Origin: Ylistrum balloti
Lineage: Eukaryota
Length of the DNA stretch: 64,000 bases
Assembly: GCF_031769215.1 (NCBI RefSeq)
Contig: NW_026782651.1
Span: forward strand, 186,001-250,000
Reading direction: 5' to 3'
Made by a program: the position numbers and the translations under genes. The notes below the pieces were generated by a model that did no database searches, was not told the DNA's origin, and saw only the letters and a list, made by a program, of their open reading frames with translations. Each line of letters begins with the position of its first letter. The stretch's first letter is position 1. Positions 1-11,000 of the stretch are shown here, in pieces.

Positions 1-37
1 AATTGTTTAAATGTTTAAACAACTTTGACACCAACTT

Positions 38-876
38 AATAAAGGATGGAGCATCAACACCAAGGATTCCGTAACCGGTAGTTTTATTTGGTTGACATGT
101 TTCGACTAGCTAGGCTAGCTGTCATCAGAACAACGATACAAGTATTGGTATAGCTAAGGTTAAAATTACGGTTCAGTCGTGACGTAATAATGCACTGTCT
201 TGATCACATGATGATAACAATACAGATCCTTACGCTATACAAAGTAAAAGGAACAAAGATTAAAGACTATAGATTATATACATACAAAAATGGCACAGCA
301 ATGCTGTTTATAAATTGAAGTGTTCAGTTACAATGTTCATATATTGGTTGTAAATTCAATGCATTTAGACCAGCTAGGCTAGCCGTCATTGGGAGGCAAT
401 GTCAATAAATGTTTATGATGAAATGTAAATGTTGGTTAAAAAACAGTTCAGCCGTGTCATGCTGAAGTAAAGTATTCCAACGTTCTTTCGGTAGCAATGC
501 ACATACCAGCTCCGCCATTCCTGATTAGAGAAAACATCACACACTTCCAGACTTGTAGCCAGTGTAGGAGGCAAACCGAAAGAACATCGGAATACTTTAC
601 TTGAGCATGACACAGCTGAACTGTAGCATTTTTGTATGTATATAATCTATAGTTAGCTTTGTTCCTTATACTTTGTAAAGCTTACGATCTGTATTGTTAT
701 CATCACATGATCAAGACAATGCATTATTACGTCACGACTGAACTGTAATTTTAACCTTAGCTATGGCAATACTTGTACCGTTGTTCTGATGACAGCTAGC
801 CTAGCTAGTCGAAACATGTCAACCAAATAAAACTACCGATCACGGAATCCTTAGTGTTGATGCTCCATCCTTTATT
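38..876. repeat. Long inverted repeat (foldback), probably a Penelope-like element remnant with hammerhead-like motifs
   Basis: The right arm 575-876 is the reverse complement of 38-298 plus 443-492. The left arm carries a 144-bp insert (299-442), and the loop is 493-574. Each arm contains CTGATGA...GAAACATGTC (plus 786-820; minus 128-94). Confidence 0.8.
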
Positions 877-1019
877 TAGTGGTTAGTACCTATCATCTAT
901 GGAGCTCTGCTAGAATCCTTCTGATCCATCTAGGATTCTTCTACCGATACATCTACCAACTAGTACCACTCACAGGATGTTGGACTCCACCTCTTTTTAT
1001 TTTTCCAACTTTGACACCA

Positions 1020-1211
1020 GTGACCTTGAATATCAGTAAATGTCATTTCTTTTCACAAATTTTATAAGGCTTCATACTAGGAACATACCAGATAAATGTC
1101 AATACCATTGGTCCATTGTTTATTTAGAAGTTGTTCAAAGGGAAAAGTTGACGAAGGACACCATGCCAAGGCATAAGCTCACTTAGCCCCTCAGGTCAGG
1201 TGAGCTAAAAA
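1020..1211. mobile_element. End fragment of a non-autonomous interspersed repeat
   Basis: Ends in ...gcataagctcacttagcccctcaggtcaggtgagctaaaaa, a terminus I recall from abundant bivalve interspersed repeats. This is recognition from memory only. Confidence 0.35.
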
Positions 1212-1283
1212 TTGGAAATCACCATATTTTGCCTGCTAGACAATAAAATCCTTGCAGACCAAATAAGACTGAACACAACTTAC

Positions 1284-4200
1284 ACTAAGACCACTGACAG
1301 GCTGAGTGAGTGTGATTCTGGAGTGGGGTAGAGCACTTCTCATCCCTGCTGTTCCAGCTGAGAGTAGTAGAGATCCCATATCTGTAGCCTGACCCACACA
1401 CCAGGTGGCTATTGGATTCCCAACAAACTGCATGGTGTCATATATACCAAGTGTTGAGGACACTCTCCCACCTACAGGAAATTTAAAACTTATTTTAATT
1501 TTCAATTTGTTATCCATTTATTTCAGTATGCACAGATATAGTGGACATAGTTTCACTTGAAGCAAATATCTATAATGTTTATAATAAAAGGATGTGTATA
1601 AGTTTTACCTGGGGCTGACTGACATAGAGACACATTCATCAGTCAGGCATAGAGTCTAGTAATTTGGTGAGTACATAGTATAGATGGAAGTGAATTGTGG
1701 GTGTATGGGGCAAAGCTCTGTGAGGAGATAGGGGTGGGCATAGATGCCTTAGATGCCTTCATGCTGGAAAGAAATTTGAATAATTTGTCAAATAATTTAT
1801 TTCATATCATCATCATGTATCTGCAGCTACATGCCTGCTGCTGTACATGAACAATGACTGATTTTATTTTAAACTTATTACATGTATTTCCAGTATTTAC
1901 ATTTGCAGTTTTTATACATTATGGTTTTTTTTACAAAACAAAAAAGTTAAAAAAAAAAATGTTTTTCAAACATGTATGTACCTACAAATATCTGATTAGG
2001 TATAGAATTTGATTAACCAAATATTTTGAGTATTTTTCATGATATGTTGTTGATTCAAAACGGTGATTTAGAATGATACGAGACATTATATGCTTCCCTC
2101 TATCCAAGTAAAAATGGTGAGGACAAAAAAAAAGATGTGAAATTTAACACTTTGTAAACTGATACCAGTTTCCCTTTATGCTGCCATCAGAGATTTGGCA
2201 ATATAAAAAAGGTTTGGTGATGTAATGAGGCAGAGTACACAGAAACTGATAGGGGTAGGAATTCCTTGAAACATGTTATTCAGATTTACCTGCACAGTTG
2301 ATATACATGTGGATAGTTTGTTTGGTATTTGCTGCCTGTAAATGTAAAATCTGGGCTATCACACTCCCTGCTACCTCATCACATATCTAAAAAGGAAAGA
2401 AAAATATTCATTTATCAAATACAAGATATTTAGATGTGAACAAAAAATATCCAAGTCTTTTTTCAATAAGGCGGTACAGTTACATTTTTTTCATCTCATT
2501 GTTAAACAAGATAGCATAAATGATTCAAATAGTATTACAACCAGAACAAAATTTAACAAGATGACAATCTGTCATGCGAAAGATTGCAAACAACAAGAGT
2601 TATCTCCCTTGTCCCATTGTCTATCACTTGTTTGCCATTTATTCGAAATGCTAAATGATAAGGCAAAATGTTGAATATGAAATATGAAACACTAAATGTG
2701 ACTTTTTTTTATTGTGAAGCAGTTTCAGTTTATTGACGATTATGAAATAAAACGTTTCACATTCATCAGCATTGAGCAAAATCAATTCACATAAAGTATT
2801 TATCATATGTCGTACTGGTTTTCTATAAATATCTACCACATAACAAAGTGACAATGAGAAATACTGCAATCAGATACAGAAATTCCTTCCCTCACCGTCT
2901 AACATTCTGTTGATGATGAATGTCCTTAATCCATTTTTTGGAATTGATTATTTGTTTTGGTGACTTTCGTGCGATTGGAAGTTAGATCTCTTGTAAACTA
3001 TACTTTCCTTGGTTTACTGATTTCTCAACCAATTCTAATGAAACTAAATGTAATTGTACGTCCAGTACATTAGATAATTGTGTGCATGTCGTTTGTTTCT
3101 TACTGAATAATTTTATTTTCTTACATCCTTTTATGTATAGTATTATGCATTTTATGTAAGCAGAAATTAAGTCTGCAGTTCTTTCACTGTTTTTTTTATT
3201 ATGTGCAATACCCGTATATATATTCCCTACACTATACACACTGTAAATGGTATATTTTACTAATGTTTCAATTTTCTCAGGCATCAGTAATCTTAACACA
3301 TCCCAAAAACAGATCTCGCATTTGGATAAGGAAAAAATCTTACTTATATATTCTGAAAATTGGCATTTTATGTCTAATGGTTTCAGGTTCAATGATTTTT
3401 GAACCAAGTGTTGGTAACTATAGTTTATGTACTAAGTTATACATTGTGTGTGGCCTGTGATAGCTTATAATGAAATATTATATTAATTCATACCACCAGT
3501 AAATCCAATTCATTATTCATTATCAATATTTCTAAATTGATTGATGGAATTTCGTTCAGAATATATTATTTTAATTCTTGTTGAAAAATGATTGGATTGC
3601 AATGATTGGCTTTCTTTTGAAGGTCCTGTTTAATCTGGATATCTTACTGGCTGTACTCACAGGTGTCATGATGCAGATTATTCTTTGTTGGAGTAGGTGG
3701 GCGTAAATGTTGGTTACTGGTTGGTTTTCTTCAACACGATAGTTATTATAGGTTTTTCTATTCATTGTATGGTGGATCAGTCGTGTTTGAATTCTTCTAG
3801 GCACCAAACGCAGACATCTCTGAAAATAAAATTAAGATCATTTCAACATTTTTTAAAGAAATTAACAGCATTACTGTCAGTTCTGTTTAAGATATATTTT
3901 CTAATAAAGAGAAAGTGATGAAGGTTCTTGAGCAATAAACCAGAAATCAAGTGACAAATCAGGAAATTTGGCATTAAGATTGGCTCTTGATCGTCCTGGT
4001 TTGTCAAAACTTTATTTTTCACCAAGCGACACGTAATTCAATTCAGTTTTTATTTTATCTGAATGTTGAAAAACTTTACCGGATCAACATGTTGGAGTTA
4101 ACCGATTACTGAAAGTGGTATCTTTCCCTCAATTGCACAACTAATACCCTTTGAGGGATCGTACCCAATCTGTTCTATATAAAGTTCTTTAAAATGCCAA

Positions 4201-4651
4201 GAAACCTCAAGTCGTTGCATAAGGTGCTTGTCTATATGAGTTAGATACACGTCGCCAGAACACTGGCGTTCCTCGGCGAGACGATACCCGGACAAGGGAG
4301 GAGTCATGAAGACGGAAAACCTGTCAATCACTGAGTTAGATCATGCAAATGATTAACTAATCTGAACATGACCCTGAGGCAAATTCCTGTCTTTATTCGT
4401 AAGTGTTGTCACGGACTGATGTTGCTGCCTATGCAGGTATCCGATTGACCATTCGATTTTAGGTAGATCTGTCCAAATCTAGTACCAGAGTATACACAGA
4501 CACTAAGGTTCTGATTGAACATATTGAGATATCGATGGTTGACACGTTTGCTAAATCGTTTTCCTTAAAGAAAGTCACAAAATGATCAAATATGTTGACT
4601 TGTCATCTATACATGCAGAATAGTTTATAACAGTACCTGCAGCAACGCCAT
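1284..4651 (-). CDS. CLPP: Mitochondrial ClpP-family protein (ClpP-like, catalytic Ser/His replaced); 3' exons lie beyond the left edge of the window
   Basis: Exons 4651-4637 (MALLQ), 3819-3661 ([13 protein letters not shown]...[17 protein letters not shown]), 2386-2290 ([33 protein letters not shown], 97 nt) and 1471-1284 ([62 protein letters not shown], 188 nt). All introns are GT-AG with matching phases. Motifs match ClpP (IYSRLL.ERI, HMYINSPG, IYDTMQ, TWCVGQA.SMGSLLL). The N-terminus is Arg-rich and acid-poor, like a mitochondrial presequence. Confidence 0.9.
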
Positions 4652-5010
4652 TTCGGAAGAAGTTGCGTCAAATTCTGCTTCCGGACATAGGCTAAAATGC
4701 AAATTGAAATAGTTTTTTCCGGATTTATGTAATACAAATTTGGACTGGATGCAAAATCTTAAATGCCGAAAATATTGTCACACCTTTAACGTACTTTTTT
4801 CATAACATATTTGCTTTTTTTCAAACTAATCGACATTAAGTTTCATTGTCATACAATAGATTTTTCTCGCTACCGAATGCATCTCAGGCTTCGGCGTTTT
4901 GGTACGCGGACATAATTCTACTTCCGTTAGAAAACATGGCCGATTCGTAACAACAAAACGACAGAAGTTTTATGTTACTTAAATTTTTGGCCAATTTATG
5001 ACGGATTAGA
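4652..5010. promoter_or_regulatory. Putative bidirectional promoter between the ClpP-like and CARD-TPR genes
   Basis: Only 359 bp separate the divergent ATGs (4651 minus, 5011 plus). The gap holds ETS/GABP-like CTTCCG(G) motifs (4678, 4921) and a YY1-like AAACATGGCCG (~4932), and is CpG-richer than its flanks. Confidence 0.6.
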
Positions 5011-8000
5011 ATGGCAGCTACGATCCGAAAGGATACGTTCGTGTTATCTGAGTAAGTTGTTTCAATGCCTTGTAATAGTTCATCATTCTTGATACTTTAA
5101 TTAAAGCGTTTAACCTGTACGTTTTCGTTGCTAAGGAAGCTGCAGGTGCCCTTCTTCAGTTTCTGTCTGTTAGTTTTCTATTATCGTGGTGTATATCTAT
5201 TTGTAATGAATTTACATCCTTATATAGTTTCTTGCATTTGAAAAGAGAAAAATAACTCTGCTTAAAGCACGAAATAATGTTGAAGTTTACTCTTTCAAAA
5301 CCATGCACAGTTTGTGCAGAAGTTACACTGTTCATTGTAAATGCTGATTGTGGTGAATTATGTGTAAAATTTGTACACGTATTCATATCTACACGTGTTC
5401 ATCTAACATGAATTTAATCTGAGCTACTGTAAATACCATTATTATTTGCAAATTATAAACTATATCAATTTTGCAATGTAAATACTATTAATTATTTGTT
5501 TCTGTATATTTATATTACATGTTTCTTTGTTTGTGTCGTTAATGTTTTGATGAAAAACCTTTAGTTGCTATATTTCACTTTTTAGCAGCCAGAAAAGTAC
5601 AGACAACATGTCGGGAATAGATAGACAGAATGTGATGAGGCTACGTATAAACAGAATAGCTTTGGTCCAGGAACTGAAGGTTGATCATATCATTGGAGCC
5701 CTCATAGAACAAAACTTACTTAACAATTTTGACCAGAGAAAGATTGCGCATGGTACTACACATGCAGACAAAGCCCGTATTCTCATAGACTTACTGCCCT
5801 CAAAAACAAATGTCCCCGATTGGTACAATATATTTCGTGATGCTATGATGAATCCAGATGCTGGCCCAGAGGTCAGGAAGAGGTATAGGTCTTTGGTGGA
5901 GTTCCTTGATAACACTGTCATCCATCGCCCAACCTCACAAACTGCAAAATTTAGTGAAACAATGGACAAAAGGAGGCTACCTCATTACAATCCAGTACCA
6001 CCCATCATCAAGGACAGTAAGAATCAGTCCAAACCTCAAAATGTCCTCAATCTTGATGAGGAAAGACGTGGGGCTCCTCCAGACCAAGAGATGGAAAAAC
6101 AAACCAAAGACATGATACCAGAACGTGGGGACAAATTGACTCCCTGGAATCAAGACAATCAAGAGTCCATGACCCTTGTCAAAGGGTTTTTCCAGCAATG
6201 GGTGCCAACTCCAGATAACTTCAGATCACTTTTACAGGTAAATCTTAAACATTGTACATTCAAAGTTTTATATCAAATAACAATTGTAAATATATACACG
6301 TACTTTCCGCCATACTTCATTATCAGATTTGCTGTATTTGTCAATTGAGAAATGTTTGTGCTGGATTATCAGGCAAGGAAAGCTGCTGGAAATCATTTTC
6401 TTTCTTGAAAAACTTGAAAGGCAATTGAACCAAAGGCAGTTCAGCTACAGAATTTTGTCTTGTTGTTGACTTCTCAGAAACTTAAACATTATGTATTTAT
6501 ATATTATTAATTACTGTATCTTACTTTATCTAGTATAAAATATGTCTGGTAATAAGCCCACCCATATTTATTGCTGTTGTGTCGAGTTACCATCAGCTAC
6601 TATTTCATTGCCTTGTATTAAGCCCAACCCCTGATTCTGAATAAGAAGTTATTTGTGGTGGTTATTACAGTAAACATATGATAAACAGCTTTTATGTAAT
6701 ATATCTTCATAAAAAGGTTCCTGAGGGTCATTTCCAAGCTCTTCAAGAGTCCAATCACCCTGATGACAAAGCACAGCTTGCCTTAGAGACAAAAGCTTTG
6801 GAGAAAATTAGAAAGTTGGAACTAGTTGCTGTTCTGGGAAGGAGAAAGCAGCTTCCTCAGGGTTTTGAACTCTGCATGTGTGATGTGGTACATGAAATTT
6901 TATTTGACTCTGAAAACTATCACCTTTTTTTCAAATACTTTCGAAACCTTCAAGAATCTGAAGTCCATCTACTCAGTGACATTGTGGATTCTTATTCTTC
7001 TGTAATGCAAGCACTGGATCCATCAAAATCAAGTGATGATACCAAACAGGCAATCAAACTGGGTTATCATCTGATAGACTTCCTTGCTGAGTTTGGATAC
7101 TTCAAGGAAGCAGAGCTCATCATGGCGGTCCTTCTGATTGTTCTAAACCAAACTGACAACATCGAGACATGGATGACCAAATACAAAGGTTTTGTGAAGC
7201 TGATGCGGCTGCGAAATATGAATTATAATTTCAGTGGAACATACACTGCCTATTCAATGGCTACTGAGATGATGTGGAAGATAGATAAGATGTCCTTCGG
7301 AAAGGACCTGATACCAAAGGCAGAGTTATACAACGAGATCTGCCAGATGATGTTAGAGCGTGGATCTGTGAATGCTGCTTTTGGCTGGGCACAGAAAGCT
7401 CTTAAGGTAAAAAAAACAGCTTCCTTCACAATCTTGCATCACATAAATTGATTTTGAATAAATGAACCTTGATGAATATTTTTGGAAACTATTTAACTTA
7501 ACACAGAGTTAAATTGAAATTTAAAGCTTTTAAGCCAAGTCATTTTTTCTAAGCTGTAGTCATGGTTAATTCTCAATTTCACTGGTGGGGTGGAGGGATG
7601 GGAGATTTTTAAATGTTCTTCAATCAGAGGCAAAAGATGTCTCATGTGCATGATTTTTAAATTGTTATATGACCAAGGACATGCCTCTCTTGTGAGATAT
7701 CCCACAGGTTTCCAAAAACTGCAATATTAGCCTGAAACTGGTCAATTCCGACATAAGAGGTACCATTGCCAATAGATAACCTTGACTGAAAAAGTAACAG
7801 GGAATTTCCATGACATGAAGTTATCATCACAAATTGATAACCTAGACTGAAAATGAAGTTATAATATGGACATCTTAAATGCCATGTTATATAACAAAAC
7901 AGGAACTTTTTGTGGCCTCAGTCTCGAGTTAACAAATCCTCATATCAACCTGGACAAAGGTTTGCTAATTGTGTAATGTTGCCTTCATACATTTTGTATT

Positions 8001-11000
8001 TGATTGGTTTATAACATGAAACAAATAAAAAGAATATTGAATTAAATATTGGAGAATTAACGAACGTGTAATGCATTTGATGTCCTTACAGTAGACTTTG
8101 TCTTGATTCTTAATCAGTGATATTTCTGAGCTTAATCTGATACAAATTGTACGAAATATATAAAACTTACATACATTTATTGGTAGGAGGTCCAGTAAGG
8201 CAGTAGAGGCACATCTGCTGTGTACTTTGTACATTCATCAGGAGTTTACACCTGAAAACATTACCCTCAAATTGATTTTTAAATTTATATTTTACATTTC
8301 ATTGGTAAAATATAATGTTTCTATGAGTTTTATTGCAGAAGGACTGATATGTATGATTCTTTGTTTGGTAGGAGGTTGGGGAGACTGACTCTGTGAATGT
8401 TATCAATATCCTATGTACAGCTGTGATAGCCTACTGTTCCAAGTGGCAGGTGAAGCGAGCCGAAACACTGGCCATACAGGTCGTTCAGCAGGCCAGGTGA
8501 GTACTCTGAGTTCCTGATAAATTGTTTGAGTGGATGACCTTTGCTACTGACCTTTTAAACCATCTTGCTAAAATTGAGAAAAAAAAAGGTTTAATAATCC
8601 TCTTTCTAATGAAAACACCAATAAAAATCACTTTATACTCAATATTATTGCCAGTTGTGATGAGTATGTGTACAGCATAAGTTGTTACAGTGTACAAGGT
8701 TCTGTTGTGATGAGTATGTGTACAGCATCAGTTGTTACAGTGTACAAGGTTCTGTTGTGATGAGTATGTGTACAGCATCAGTTGTTACAGTGTACAAGGT
8801 TCTGTTGTGATGAGTATGTGTACAGCATCAGTTGTTACAGTGTACAAGGTTCTGTTGTGATGAGTATGTGTACAGCATCAGTTGTTACAGTGTACAAGGT
8901 TCTGTTGTGATGAGTATGTGTACAGCATCAGTTGTTACAGTGTACAAGGTTCTGTTGTGATGAGTATGTGTACAGCATCAGTTGTTACAGTGTACAAGGT
9001 TCTGTTGTGATGAGTATGTGTACAGCATCAGTTGTTACAGTGTACAAGGTTCTGTTGTGATGAGTATGTGTACAGCATCAGTTGTTACAGTGTACAAGGT
9101 TCTGTTGTGATGAGTATGTGTACAGCATCAGTTGTTACAGTGTACAAGGTTCTGTTGTGATGAGTATGTGTACAGCATCAGTTGTTACAGTGTACAAGGT
9201 TCTGTTGTGATGAGTATGTGTACAGCATCAGTTGTTACAGTGTACAAGGTTCTGTTGTGATGAGTATGTGTACAGCATCAGTTGTTACAGTGTACAAGGT
9301 TCTGTTGTGATGAGTATGTGTACAGCATCAGTTGTTACAGTGTACAAGGTTCTGTTGTGATGAGTATGTGTACAGCATCAGTTGTTACAGTGTACAAGGT
9401 TCTGTTGTGATGAGTATGTGTACAGCATCAGTTGTTACAGTGTACAAGGTTCTGTTGTGATGAGTATGTGTACAGCATCAGTTGTTACAGTGTACAAGGT
9501 TCTGTTGTGATGAGTATGTGTACAGCATCAGTTGTTACAGTGTACAAGGTTCTGTTGTGATGAGTATGTGTACAGCATCAGTTGTTACAATGTACAAGGT
9601 TCTGTTGTGATGAGTATGTGTACAGCATCAGTTGTTACAGTGTACAAGGTTCTGTTGTGATGAGTATGTGTACAACATCAGTTGTTACAGTGTACAAGGT
9701 TCTGTTGTGATGAGTATGTGTACAGCATCAGTTGTTACAGTGTACAAGGTTCTGTTGTGATGAGTATGTGTACAGCATCAGTTGTTACAGTGTACAAGGT
9801 TCTGTTGTGATGAGTATGTGTACAACATCAGTTGTTACAGTGTACAAGGTTCTGTTGTGATGAGTATGTGTACAGCATCAGTTGTTACAATGTACAAGGT
9901 TCTGTTGTGATGAGTATGTGTACAGCATCAGTTGTTACAGTGTGCAAGGTTCTGTTGTGATGAGTATGTGTACAGCATCAGTTGTTACAGTGTGCAAGGT
10001 TCTGTTGTGATGAGTATGTGTACAGCATCAGTTGTTACAGTGTACAAGGTTCTGTTGTGATGGGTATGTGTACAGCATCAGTTGTTACAGTGTACAAGGT
10101 TCTGTTGTGATGAGTATGTGTACAACATCAGTTGTTACAGTGTACAAGGTTCTGTTGTGATGAGTATGTGTACAGCATCAGTTGTTACAGTGTACAAGGT
10201 TCTGTTGTGATGAGTATGTGTACAGCATCAGTTGTTACAGTGTACAAGGTTCTGTTGTGATGAGTATGTGTACAGCATCAGTTGTTACAGTGTACAAGGT
10301 TCTGTTGTGATGAGTATGTGTACAGCATCAGTTGTTACATTGTACAAAGTTCTGTTGTGATTGTGATGAGTATGTGTACAGCATCAGTTGTTACAGTGTA
10401 CAAGGTTCTGTTGTGATGAGTATGTGTACAGCATCAGTTGTTACAGTGTACAAGGTTCTGTTGTGATGAGTATGTGTACAACATCAGTTGTTACAGTGTA
10501 CAAGGTTCTGTTGTGATGAGTATGTGTACAGCATCAGTTGTTACAGTGTACAAGGTTCTGTTGTGATGAGTATGTGTACAGCATCAGTTGTTACAATGTA
10601 CAAGGTTCTGTTGTGATGAGTATGTGTACAGCATCAGTTGTTACAGTGTACAAGGTTCTGTTGTGATGAGTATGTGTACAACATCAGTTGTTACAGTGTA
10701 CAAGGTTCTGTTGTGATGAGTATGTGTACAGCATCAGTTGTTACAGTGTACAAGGTTCTGTTGTGATGAGTATGTGTACAGCATCAGTTGTTACAGTGTA
10801 CAAGGTTCTGTTGTGATGAGTATGTGTACAACATCAGTTGTTACAGTGTACAAGGTTCTGTTGTGATGAGTATGTGTACAGCATCAGTTGTTACAATGTA
10901 CAAGGTTCTGTTGTGATGAGTATGTGTACAGCATCAGTTGTTACAGTGTGCAAGGTTCTGTTGTGATGAGTATGTGTACAGCATCAGTTGTTACAGTGTG

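Noticed and set aside
2982-3407. 141-aa ORF in intron 2 of the ClpP-like gene
   Set aside because: No recognisable motif or splice context; AT-rich and compatible with chance or decayed-repeat origin.
4098-4331. 77-aa ORF in intron 1 of the ClpP-like gene
   Set aside because: No recognisable domain and no phase-compatible splice sites established.
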